Shown here: one piece after another, positions 1-8,481 of the stretch
How positions within the stretch are numbered: position 1 is the first letter of the stretch
Layout: each line of letters starts with the position of its first letter
NCBI GenBank assembly: GCA_041688155.1
Contig: JBDNIW010000013.1
Coordinates: 1-55,035 of the forward strand
Direction of reading: 5' to 3'
Length of the DNA stretch: 55,035 bases
Source: Minisyncoccota bacterium
Lineage (GTDB): Bacteria > Patescibacteriota > Minisyncoccia > Phycocordibacterales > UBA918
The notes under the pieces: model-generated
What the model saw: only the letters and a program-made list of their open reading frames with translations
Databases searched by the model: none
What the model was told of the DNA's origin: nothing
Position numbers and translations under genes: made by a program

Positions 1-438
1 AAAACCATCAAGAAAGTCGGTGAAGATATCGAAGGATTCAAGTTCAATACGGCTGTCAGCGCCCTGATGATATTTATTAACGTCGCAGAGAAGGAAGGAC
101 TGAGTGACGACACCTACGCTGCCTTTCTACGTTTGCTAGCGCCGTTTGCACCACACCTGTGTGAAGAACTATGGCGCACGCACGGTAAGACTGACAGTAT
201 CCACCTCGCAGACTTTCCAACCTACGAGTCTGACCTTGCCAAAGACACCGCTGTCACCATCGGTGTGCAGATCAACGGTAAAATGCGGGGAGAAATTACC
301 ATCGCGCCTGACGCCAGTGAAGCCGAAGCGGTGACAGCAACCAACGACAACCCACAGATACAGACCAAGTTGGGTGAGGGTACGACCGTCAAAATCATCT
401 ACGTTCCCGGCCGAATCCTCAACTTTATCCAAAAATAA
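1..438 (+). CDS. leuS: leucyl-tRNA synthetase, C-terminal fragment (5' end outside window)
   Basis: Frame 1 open from base 1; FKFNTAVSALMIF...LAPFAPHLCEELW and C-terminal domain typical of LeuRS; stop TAA 436-438. Confidence 0.85.
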   Translation, partial: KTIKKVGEDIEGFKFNTAVSALMIFINVAEKEGLSDDTYAAFLRLLAPFAPHLCEELWRTHGKTDSIHLADFPTYESDLAKDTAVTIGVQINGKMRGEITIAPDASEAEAVTATNDNPQIQTKLGEGTTVKIIYVPGRILNFIQK

Positions 439-455
439 TAGGGGATAGCAAAGTG

Positions 456-484
456 TTGACCTTTCTTCGCACACATGTTATAAA
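456..484 (+). promoter_or_regulatory. sigma-70-type promoter TTGACC-17 nt-TATAAA with TG extension
   Basis: Read directly; about 60-nt leader containing hairpin CCTGAC-aaca-GTCAGG before ATG 548. Confidence 0.55.
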
Positions 485-547
485 TGTAGCCACGCATTGA
501 GTTACTCCTGACAACAGTCAGGCAACTTATCACAACGAATTAGAGAT

Positions 548-1573
548 ATGATTTCATTTAAACCAGAGCAAGTAACAACCACACTACTTGAAGCGCTGCC
601 TGAACGGGCGCGTGACGTGTTGCAAAAACGCTACGGTCTGAACCCAGACGGCGAAACGTACACCCTTGAAGCCATCGGACAGAGCTACGGGATTACCCGA
701 GAACGAGTGCGTCAAATCGAGAACTACGGCATCCAGACCATTCAAAAGTCGGACATCTACAAGAAGCACGTTGACTTGCTCAACGAACTGCACGTATTAA
801 TCCAACAGCTCGGTGGTGGTCTAATTGCAGAACACGTTCTGCTCGACGAATTGTCAGCCGACCCACTGGTACGGAATCATCTCTATTTCCTCCTAGTGGT
901 TGGCGACCCATTCTATCGTAGTAAAGAAAACCCGCAGTACGCTCACCGGTGGTTTACCGAGCAAAAAATGGCAGACGGTGTAGAGAAAGCACTGCGCTCT
1001 GTCCGCAAGGGTCTCAAACGAGACGAGCTCGTCAGCGAAGCCGAAATCGTCAGTCGTTTCCGGGCTGAGTTAGCTGAGATTGCTGAATCTCACAACGAAG
1101 ACGTTCTGATGCGATGGCTCAAAATCTCAAAGCAAATTGGTCAGAACCCACTAGGGGACTGGGGACCATCAGATAGCCCAAACATCCGGGTCAAGGGTAT
1201 TCGCGACTACGCCTACCTCGCGGTCAAGCGACACGGTTCACCGATGCACTTCCGCGAAGTCGCCCAAACTATCAACGATTTATTTTCCCACAAGGCACAC
1301 ATCGCGACCACGCATAACGAATTGATCAAAGATGCTCGGTTTGTGCTCGTCGGACGCGGTCTATACGCGCTCTCAGAGTGGGGCTACACCGCTGGAGTGG
1401 TTAAAGAAGTGCTTCGAGAAATCCTCGAAGCCGAAGGTCCACTCTCGCGCGAAGAAATCATCGACAAAGTCCGTAAAGAACGCTACGTCAAAGACAATAC
1501 CATTTTGGTCAATCTACAGGACGCTAATTTGTTCAAGAAGCTAGCTAACGGTTCCTACACCATTGCTGAATAA
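548..1573 (+). CDS. sigma-70 region-4-like HTH protein with C-terminal HARE-HTH-like domain
   Basis: N-terminus LPERARDVLQKRYGL..TLEAIGQSYGITRERVRQIE matches sigma-70 region 4.2; C-terminus HGSPMHFREV...KDARFVLVGRGLYALSEW resembles RpoE-delta/HARE-HTH pattern. Confidence 0.6.
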   Translation: MISFKPEQVTTTLLEALPERARDVLQKRYGLNPDGETYTLEAIGQSYGITRERVRQIENYGIQTIQKSDIYKKHVDLLNELHVLIQQLGGGLIAEHVLLDELSADPLVRNHLYFLLVVGDPFYRSKENPQYAHRWFTEQKMADGVEKALRSVRKGLKRDELVSEAEIVSRFRAELAEIAESHNEDVLMRWLKISKQIGQNPLGDWGPSDSPNIRVKGIRDYAYLAVKRHGSPMHFREVAQTINDLFSHKAHIATTHNELIKDARFVLVGRGLYALSEWGYTAGVVKEVLREILEAEGPLSREEIIDKVRKERYVKDNTILVNLQDANLFKKLANGSYTIAE

Positions 1574-1582
1574 TAACAACTA

Positions 1583-1623
1583 CTACCAAGACGGCGGGGA
1601 CAGAGTCCCCGCCGTCTTGGTAG
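1583..1623 (+). terminator. 19-bp perfect hairpin (CTACCAAGACGGCGGGGAC-aga-GTCCCCGCCGTCTTGGTAG)
   Basis: Read directly; 10 nt after stop of 548-1573; no clear T-run. Confidence 0.55.
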
Positions 1624-1629
1624 TTCTAG

Positions 1630-1638
1630 TGCTACAAT
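1630..1638 (+). promoter_or_regulatory. extended -10 TGcTACAAT, 9 nt before ATG 1648
   Basis: Read directly. Confidence 0.5.
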
Positions 1639-1647
1639 ACTCGAACC

Positions 1648-2985
1648 ATGAAGGATTTTTTTAGTAGTATTTTTGGGGTTATTCTAATCCCAATTTGCTT
1701 TGGGGCCATTGCAATAATCTGGTGGGTCTTGTTCCGCAACACGGATTTTTCTATTGCTACAACTGTTGGATTTGGGTTATTGCTGTTACCGCTATTCTTG
1801 CCGTTTATATTGTACTATCTGACCTACGATCGGTGGATGGAATTTGTTCATGGAATGTTTAGCTACGAGCAAGGTCGTACCACGTTGCGTATCAAACTCC
1901 CTCAAGAGGTCCTCAAATCGCCCGAGGCGATGGAAAGTGTATTTGCTCAAATTTATAACCCCAACGGATCAGACACACTATGGCAGGCGTACATCGATGG
2001 CAAGTGTCCACTAGTGAGTAGTTTTGAGATTGTGTCTATCGGTGGGGACGTCCGGTTTTATGCCAATGTACCTCGCAAGAAAATTAAAAACGCTCTTGAG
2101 GCACAGCTCTACGCGCAGTACCCAGGTATAGAAATCGAAGAGGAGTTACTCGATTACACCACAGAGGTACAATGGAAGGAAGGTGAGATGGACCTAATGT
2201 CATTTCACATTGTTAAAAAGGTCGACGATGTATTACCTATCAAAACTTATATCGACTATGGTCACGACAAAACGCCCAAAGAGGAGTTAAAGTTCGAACC
2301 GATGGCACCACTAATCGAACACATGAGCAAGGCCAAACTACACGAGCGCCTGTACGTGCAGATCCTCTGCACACCCCACGCCAAAAAAGAATTCAAAGGT
2401 GGCTCCCGGGTAACCAAGGGCACCTGGGAACAAGCTGCGACAGACAAAATAAACGACATGCTCAAACGGGACCGACCAAAAAGCGCTGACCCAAATGAGC
2501 CCGATGACCGACCCACACTGACCATGCACGAGCGCGACACCGTGGCTGCAATCGAACGCAACGTCGGCAAATACGCCTACGAGGTTGGGATCCGAGCCAT
2601 GTACATCACGCTTGACGCCACCCAGTTTGACGGCGAGATGATTGGTCCGATGCTCAAATCATTCTCCCAGTACGATATCCTTAACCGTAACGGATTGGCT
2701 GTGCGCTACAAAACCGAGATTGACTACGCGATGTTCAGAGATTACTCTGGTGGTAAGCAAAAGAAAATGAAGATGGATGAGTTGGAGGCCTATAAAATGC
2801 GCACATACTCAATCCCTGACACACCAAAAGACCAAGTGCACCAACCTAAAGTTATGTCAGTGGAAGAGCTGGCCACCATTTACCACATCCCCGGCAGTTC
2901 AGTTCTAACCCCTGGCCTCAGCCGTATCTCATCTACCCGCCGCAACGCACCCAGCAACCTACCTACCGGCGAACTACCTATCTAA
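1648..2985 (+). CDS. hypothetical membrane protein (two N-terminal TM helices)
   Basis: 445-aa ORF with hydrophobic N-terminus; promoter directly upstream; no family recognised. Confidence 0.55.
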   Translation: MKDFFSSIFGVILIPICFGAIAIIWWVLFRNTDFSIATTVGFGLLLLPLFLPFILYYLTYDRWMEFVHGMFSYEQGRTTLRIKLPQEVLKSPEAMESVFAQIYNPNGSDTLWQAYIDGKCPLVSSFEIVSIGGDVRFYANVPRKKIKNALEAQLYAQYPGIEIEEELLDYTTEVQWKEGEMDLMSFHIVKKVDDVLPIKTYIDYGHDKTPKEELKFEPMAPLIEHMSKAKLHERLYVQILCTPHAKKEFKGGSRVTKGTWEQAATDKINDMLKRDRPKSADPNEPDDRPTLTMHERDTVAAIERNVGKYAYEVGIRAMYITLDATQFDGEMIGPMLKSFSQYDILNRNGLAVRYKTEIDYAMFRDYSGGKQKKMKMDELEAYKMRTYSIPDTPKDQVHQPKVMSVEELATIYHIPGSSVLTPGLSRISSTRRNAPSNLPTGELPI

Positions 2986-2991
2986 TTTTCT

Positions 2992-4035
2992 ATGGAACCA
3001 GAACCACTTATTGCACCCGTAGCGGACGTACCTGAACTATCTACACCAGAACCAATCCCCAAGCGCCGTCGCTGGCTACGGTGGCTATGTTGGTTTCTGG
3101 GTGGCAAAGTGGTTGTACTAGCGCTGTTATTTATCAGTTTTTACCTGTTATACCAACCACCAGCTGATTTTCAACCTCAGACTATTACTATCGAGCCAGG
3201 CGAGAGTGTCTTCTCGATTGCTCAGCAACTCACCCAGCAACAAATCGTCCGGTCGGAACTCATCCTGTTTACTATATTGCGCTACTGGCAAGACCCCACC
3301 CAGATTAAAGCCGCGACCTATACGTTTGAAGAACCGCAAACAGCATTTGAGGTGGCAGAGCTACTTGTAGAGGGCGAGTTTGGTAATAACCTGACCACTC
3401 TGACGTTCATTGAGGGAATGCGAATCCAAGAGTTTGCCGTCCGTGCGAGTGCGAGTTTGCAGAACGTGACCGAGGCTGAGTTCCTGGAACTAACAGCTGG
3501 ACTGGAGGGTCAACTGTTTCCCGAAACATACTATGTGCCGGCTGACTTTACTACTGCTCAACTGATTGTATTGATGTTCGACACTCATGTCGATGTTTTA
3601 GCGGAATTACTCGCCAGTAGCACCACGAGTCTAACCACACCAGAGATACTCATCCTAGCATCGATTGTCGAGCGCGAAGCCAACACGCCGGAATCAAAAG
3701 CGTTGGTCGCGGGGATATTTCTCAACCGGATGGCTATCGGCATGCCCCTCCAGGCGGATGCGTCGATAGAATACGTCATCGACGCACCGCTCGGGGAGCT
3801 GGCACCAGGGCAGCTCGCCGCTGAGTTGCGTGAGCTCGATAGTCCCTACAACACTTACCGTAACCCAGGTTTGCCGCCAACCCCTATCGGGAACCCTGGT
3901 CGGATGGCGCTCGCGGCTGTGATCAACCCGACCCCGTCAGGGTATTTCTACTACATTACGGGGAACGATGGCGAGTTTTATTACGCTCGTACATATGATG
4001 AACACCTCGTTAATATTGAAAGACACCTGCGGTAA
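2992..4035 (+). CDS. mltG: endolytic murein transglycosylase MltG (YceG-like)
   Basis: N-terminal TM; LASIVEREA...GIFLNRM...LQADASIEY...SPYNTYRNPGLPPTPIGNPG motifs. Confidence 0.9.
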   Translation: MEPEPLIAPVADVPELSTPEPIPKRRRWLRWLCWFLGGKVVVLALLFISFYLLYQPPADFQPQTITIEPGESVFSIAQQLTQQQIVRSELILFTILRYWQDPTQIKAATYTFEEPQTAFEVAELLVEGEFGNNLTTLTFIEGMRIQEFAVRASASLQNVTEAEFLELTAGLEGQLFPETYYVPADFTTAQLIVLMFDTHVDVLAELLASSTTSLTTPEILILASIVEREANTPESKALVAGIFLNRMAIGMPLQADASIEYVIDAPLGELAPGQLAAELRELDSPYNTYRNPGLPPTPIGNPGRMALAAVINPTPSGYFYYITGNDGEFYYARTYDEHLVNIERHLR

Positions 4036-4051
4036 TGGTAGCCTGCTGGCA

Positions 4052-5116
4052 ATGGATACACCCAACCAAACAGTTTTTGTCGGCCTCTCTGGTGGGGTTG
4101 ATAGTTCGGTCGCAGCCGTGCGGCTGCTGGCTGCTGGCTACAACGTGGTCGGGGTGTTTATCAAAGTCTGGCACCCAGACTTTATGGTTTGTAATTGGGA
4201 ACAGGAGCGACTCGATGCGATGCGGGTGGCGGCGCATTTGGGAATTCCGTTTTTGACCTGTGATGCTGAGGCTGCCTACCGCGATGACGTGGCGCACTAT
4301 TTTATTCAAGAGTACCGGGCAGGTCGGACACCGAACCCTGACGTGATGTGCAACCAATACGTTAAGTTTGGACGGTTCTTGGATTTTGCTCTTGATAAGG
4401 GTGCTGATTTTATTGCCACCGGCCACTATGCACAGCGGCTAGCAGGGGGGCGGGGTGCCGAGCTGCACCGCGGGGTCGACGCAGGGAAAGACCAAACCTA
4501 TTTTCTCTGGACGCTCTCGCAAACACAACTCGACCGGACGTTGTTCCCCGTTGGCGATACTCCTAAAGAACAAATCAGGCGAGAGGCTGAAGCGGCTGGA
4601 ATTCCAGTTGCTCAAAAAAAAGATAGCCAGGGCATCTGCTTTCTCGGACACGTTGATATACCGGAATTCCTCGCACACTATATAGATCTCATACCCGGGC
4701 AAGTCAAGAACGTCGACGGAGTAGTAATTGGTGATCACAAAGGTTCACTGGTATATACCCTTGGGCAGCGTCACGGGTTTACTATCACCAGTCAGAACAT
4801 CAACCGCCAGCCTTATTTTGTGGTTGGCAAAAACGACAATACTAATGAACTAACGGTCGCGACTGAACTGTCCACCTTACCAAAGAGTGTAAATCTTAAA
4901 TTACATAATGTAGTAACGAGAACCACTCTCACCGCAGACGAACCAGTCGAATTACAAATCCGCTACCGCCAAACTCCAATCAGCGCCACCATAGTGCAGG
5001 TTTGGAACGACTCGATTACGCTCCGGCCAACCGTCACAATGGAACAACCCGCCGCTGGACAATCCTGTGTACTGTATCGCGGTTCATTGTGCCTGGGAGG
5101 TGGTATCATAGAGTAA
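4052..5116 (+). CDS. mnmA: tRNA 2-thiouridine(34) synthase MnmA
   Basis: VFVGLSGGVDSSVAA PP-loop, DQTYFL, ICFLG motifs; start moved to ATG 4052 because the longer ORF overlaps mltG. Confidence 0.9.
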   Translation: MDTPNQTVFVGLSGGVDSSVAAVRLLAAGYNVVGVFIKVWHPDFMVCNWEQERLDAMRVAAHLGIPFLTCDAEAAYRDDVAHYFIQEYRAGRTPNPDVMCNQYVKFGRFLDFALDKGADFIATGHYAQRLAGGRGAELHRGVDAGKDQTYFLWTLSQTQLDRTLFPVGDTPKEQIRREAEAAGIPVAQKKDSQGICFLGHVDIPEFLAHYIDLIPGQVKNVDGVVIGDHKGSLVYTLGQRHGFTITSQNINRQPYFVVGKNDNTNELTVATELSTLPKSVNLKLHNVVTRTTLTADEPVELQIRYRQTPISATIVQVWNDSITLRPTVTMEQPAAGQSCVLYRGSLCLGGGIIE

Positions 5117-5959
5117 ATGCCCATTAAAATTACCAAAGCCGACGGAACGGTCGAATACTTTAAACTGGAGAAACTCCGCCGCTCGCTGCGTCGCTCTGGC
5201 GCTCGTCCAGAAGAAGTTAATCACGTCATGGCTGAGCTAACGCCAACTCTGCGCGACGGTATCAGTACGCAGGAAATCTATCGCAACGCCTTCAAGCTCC
5301 TCAACAATAGCAGTTCACCGGTAGCAGCTCGGTATTCACTTAGGAGAGCGCTCTTTAACCTCGGCCCCACGGGGTTTCCGTTTGAGAAATTCATCGCGCG
5401 GTTGTTTGCTCTTGACGGCTACACGACTGACACTGGTCGAATGATCCAAGGCAAGTGTGCCGAACACGAAATAGACATCGCCGCTTACAAAGCTGACCAT
5501 AGTTTTGTCGGAGAGGCTAAATTTCACGCTCGCCCTGGCGTTAAGTCAGACCTACAGGTTGCAATGTACTCGTATGCCCGACTGCTCGACCTACGAGACA
5601 CTAAAATTTGCCACGAGGACATCTGTGGTATCAAAGAATTCTGGCTGATCACCAATACCAAGTTCACCTCCACCGCCCTTGAATACGGTACGTGTGTTGG
5701 CCTCAAACTACTCAGCTGGGACTACCCCCGCCATGACAACCTGCACGACCGTATTCAGCGTGCCGGCATCTATCCGATTACTGTGCTGCAGGGATTATCA
5801 TCTAAACAAGCTCGGATATTGATTGAACGCGACATCATCCTCTGTAGTGATTTGGTCGCCCAACCGCACACGTTAAACCAACTCCACCTCGGGAACCAAC
5901 AACATGAAGCGGTACTGCAAGAAGCCCGCAATCTTTGTCGTCAAAACAGCACGGCCTAA
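5117..5959 (+). CDS. ATP-cone domain fused to PD-(D/E)XK (Mrr-like) nuclease domain
   Basis: N-terminus IKITKADGTVEYFKLEKLRRSLRRSG (ATP-cone); HEIDIAAYK...FVGEAKF nuclease core; ATG abuts the mnmA stop. Confidence 0.7.
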   Translation: MPIKITKADGTVEYFKLEKLRRSLRRSGARPEEVNHVMAELTPTLRDGISTQEIYRNAFKLLNNSSSPVAARYSLRRALFNLGPTGFPFEKFIARLFALDGYTTDTGRMIQGKCAEHEIDIAAYKADHSFVGEAKFHARPGVKSDLQVAMYSYARLLDLRDTKICHEDICGIKEFWLITNTKFTSTALEYGTCVGLKLLSWDYPRHDNLHDRIQRAGIYPITVLQGLSSKQARILIERDIILCSDLVAQPHTLNQLHLGNQQHEAVLQEARNLCRQNSTA

Positions 5960-6044
5960 AACATAAACTGTCAATACTTTTGTCAAAAAAAGCCTGTGGT
6001 ATACTCGGGTTATTACTTATTACCGCAATTCATAAATATTTCGT

Positions 6045-6593
6045 ATGGCAGCAGCAGAACAACAGCAGCAGCAAGATGGCTCAAAAACACTCGTATCATT
6101 TGTAGTCGGACTTCTTATCGGTGGTATGCTTGTCTGGGCATTTTCAGGTCCTACAGCTACCGCACCGACAGACCAAGCAACGACAGATGAGGCGACTGAA
6201 ATGACTGAAGAAGCTACGGATGAATCAACTGACGCTAGCGAAACAGACGCAGACACCCCAGCAGTGGTAACTCTACCAGTTGGAAATGGGTCAATCATTG
6301 TCAACGATCAACCAGCGAGTGCAAGCATTGTGCTTGACCGCGCAACCTACCCAGTAAGTGAGGGTTGGATTGGCGTACGTGATTACAACAATGGACAGCT
6401 CGGGTTCATCCTTGGAGTAGTTCGCTTTAGTGAAGCTGGTGCTTTGGTACCAGAAAACATCATTTTGCAACGGCCAACTCAAGTTGGTCAGGAGTACGCC
6501 GTAGTGGTGTTCACTGAAGATGGTGACAACACCTTCAACCCTGCTGGAGACGTGCAAGTCGACCAAATCTTCTCCACTTTTACCGCACAATAG
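6045..6593 (+). CDS. membrane-anchored exported protein with acidic T/E/D linker, unknown function
   Basis: poly-Q N-terminus, one TM helix, acidic low-complexity linker, beta-rich C-terminal domain; terminator follows. Confidence 0.55.
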   Translation: MAAAEQQQQQDGSKTLVSFVVGLLIGGMLVWAFSGPTATAPTDQATTDEATEMTEEATDESTDASETDADTPAVVTLPVGNGSIIVNDQPASASIVLDRATYPVSEGWIGVRDYNNGQLGFILGVVRFSEAGALVPENIILQRPTQVGQEYAVVVFTEDGDNTFNPAGDVQVDQIFSTFTAQ

Positions 6594-6613
6594 TCAATAC
6601 TTAGTATCAAACA

Positions 6614-6644
6614 CAGCTAAACGGCCTAGCCGTTTGGCTGTTTT
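6614..6644. terminator. intrinsic terminator between convergent genes
   Basis: CAGCTAAACGGC-cta-GCCGTTTGGCTG followed by TTTT. Confidence 0.7.
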
Positions 6645-6655
6645 CGTATAGCAGA

Positions 6656-7378
6656 TTACGCCTTGTGCAGCTGCAGCAACCAGAAGTTACGTTTGTACTT
6701 TCTATCACCAACTGTAGTGTAATGAGTTTCTTTGGTGAGTTTGTCGATGACAAAATGGGTTTGGTACACATCAAGAATATCTGCTTCAGTAAACACCCGC
6801 TCAACCAAACCCCAGTCTGGTTGTAGGTATGTATCAGGCTCCAGGCCAGCGTGTGCCAGCAACAACTGCTTGGCATTACTATCGCCATCTTTGCACAGGG
6901 CGCGGACGAACATCTGCCCACCAGACTTCAGTACTCGGGCTGATTCATGGAGGTATACCGAGCGCTCAGGAGCGGTGAGTGAGTTTGAAGAGGTGACATC
7001 GATAATGAGATCAAACACAGCATCCGGGAAATTGTAGACAGTTCCGATAGAGCCCTCCGTAATACGCACTGAGCCAGCAACTGAACCAACACCGACCCTA
7101 GCCTGCTCAATCCGCGCTCGAGCGGTCGCCACAGCGTTAGCAGCGATTTCTATTCCCTCAACTATTGCTCCAAGCTCCGCCAAATAGAGGGCATTTTTAC
7201 CTTCACCACTACCCAGGTCCAATACTTTGAGGTCATGAAGCGGCAGATCGCGACCCCGCAAGTCACGAACCTTGATGACTTGCTTGACCCACTGTAAAAA
7301 GGCCTTGGCTGGTTTAGTACCAGTCATCAATCTCCGTCGGGCGTATTCTTCTTCCCAGGCTTGCTTGGCTGGTTTCAT
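6656..7378 (-). CDS. class I SAM-dependent methyltransferase
   Basis: VLDLGSGEGKNALYLAELG SAM-binding motif I; start set to ATG 7378, 6 nt after a TGCTACAAT -10. Confidence 0.8.
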   Translation of the reverse strand: MKPAKQAWEEEYARRRLMTGTKPAKAFLQWVKQVIKVRDLRGRDLPLHDLKVLDLGSGEGKNALYLAELGAIVEGIEIAANAVATARARIEQARVGVGSVAGSVRITEGSIGTVYNFPDAVFDLIIDVTSSNSLTAPERSVYLHESARVLKSGGQMFVRALCKDGDSNAKQLLLAHAGLEPDTYLQPDWGLVERVFTEADILDVYQTHFVIDKLTKETHYTTVGDRKYKRNFWLLQLHKA

Positions 7379-7384
7379 AGTGCG

Positions 7385-7393
7385 ATTGTAGCA
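7385..7393 (-). promoter_or_regulatory. extended -10 TGcTACAAT, 6 nt before ATG 7378
   Basis: Reverse complement of ATTGTAGCA. Confidence 0.5.
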
Positions 7394-7402
7394 GGAAAAT
7401 TC

Positions 7403-7411
7403 TGTTATACT
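7403..7411 (+). promoter_or_regulatory. extended -10 TGtTATACT, 8 nt before ATG 7420
   Basis: Read directly; divergent from the 7385-7393 element. Confidence 0.5.
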
Positions 7412-7419
7412 ACATCTAT

Positions 7420-8211
7420 ATGGCTGGATACACGTACAAATACAACCCGAACCGTTCTGCCGAGTGGAACTATGGTGGTGCAAAATGGAAATTATCACGC
7501 TCCAAAATTGATTTTTTTAAGGAGTGTCCGCGCTGTTTCTGGGTGGACAATGTGCTGGGAACTAAGCGGCCAGGGTTTCCTTCATTTAACCTCAATATCG
7601 CCGTTGATGAACTATTCAAAAAGGAATTCGATGTGTACCGCGCAGACCAGACTCCACACCCACTCATGGAGCAGTACGGCATCGATGCCGTGCCGTTCCA
7701 GCATCCAGATCTGGACACCTGGCGCGATCCGTTTGTCGCTATTATGCACCGACACGAGCCAACTGGCATGATGATCAGTGGGGGAGTTGACGACATTTGG
7801 GTGAACCCCGCCGGGAACCTCATCATCGTCGATTATAAGGCCACCTCAAAAGATAGCCGGATTGACAAGCTCGGCGACAGTCCCTGGGAGCAGCAGTACA
7901 CTCGCCAACTCGGGGTGTATAAGTGGCTCCTGGAGCAAAACGGCTTTACCGTTGAGGACACTGGCTACCTGGTGTATGCTAACGCTGACAAGTCTCTGCC
8001 TGAGTTTGGCGATACGTTACAGTTTGAAACTACCGTCATACCGGTAGAGGCCGTGACCGATTGGATCGAACCGACACTGAGCGAGATCAAAGCCTGCCTG
8101 GACCAAAAAACCATCCCAGAAATTGGGGAATCATGCGAATTCTGCCCCTACCGAGAAGCTTGCGGGAAGAAATTACTCAAAATCCACAACCAGACGAAGA
8201 AATCTATCTAA
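7420..8211 (+). CDS. PD-(D/E)XK nuclease, Cas4/RecB-like with Fe-S cysteine cluster
   Basis: CPRC near N-terminus, IIVDYK core, QLGVY, C-terminal CEFCPYREAC (CxxCx5C). Confidence 0.75.
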   Translation: MAGYTYKYNPNRSAEWNYGGAKWKLSRSKIDFFKECPRCFWVDNVLGTKRPGFPSFNLNIAVDELFKKEFDVYRADQTPHPLMEQYGIDAVPFQHPDLDTWRDPFVAIMHRHEPTGMMISGGVDDIWVNPAGNLIIVDYKATSKDSRIDKLGDSPWEQQYTRQLGVYKWLLEQNGFTVEDTGYLVYANADKSLPEFGDTLQFETTVIPVEAVTDWIEPTLSEIKACLDQKTIPEIGESCEFCPYREACGKKLLKIHNQTKKSI

Positions 8212-8216
8212 CCCTC

Positions 8217-8474
8217 ATGTCTAACTTTACCATCGGTGTTAAAAATATTGTTGCCAACATACCCAAAGGCTCAGTCATGACCTATAAAGCTGTGGCGGTG
8301 GCGGTGGGAAACCCCAACGCTGCTCGAGCAGTGGCGAATGTAATGAAAGCTAACTATGATCTGACTGTGCCGTGTCATCGCGTCATCCGCAGCGATGGGG
8401 GACTCGGTGGCTACAACCGTGGTGGCACTGGTGTAAAAGCTGCATTACTCAAGCGTGAAGGTGTAGTATTATAA
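8217..8474 (+). CDS. MGMT-family DNA-binding domain protein (minimal O6-alkylguanine transferase-like)
   Basis: 85 aa; GSVMTYKAVA...NPNAARAVANV...VPCHRVIRSDGGLGGY with PCHR active-site motif. Confidence 0.8.
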   Translation: MSNFTIGVKNIVANIPKGSVMTYKAVAVAVGNPNAARAVANVMKANYDLTVPCHRVIRSDGGLGGYNRGGTGVKAALLKREGVVL

Positions 8475-8481
8475 AATACCT

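Noticed and set aside
6656-8211. Divergent methyltransferase + PD-(D/E)XK nuclease as a restriction-modification pair
   Set aside because: The methyltransferase has only the generic class I SAM motif and no (D/N)PP(Y/F/W) or cytosine-5 motifs. The nuclease is Cas4/RecB-like with an Fe-S cluster, so it looks like an exonuclease rather than a restriction enzyme.
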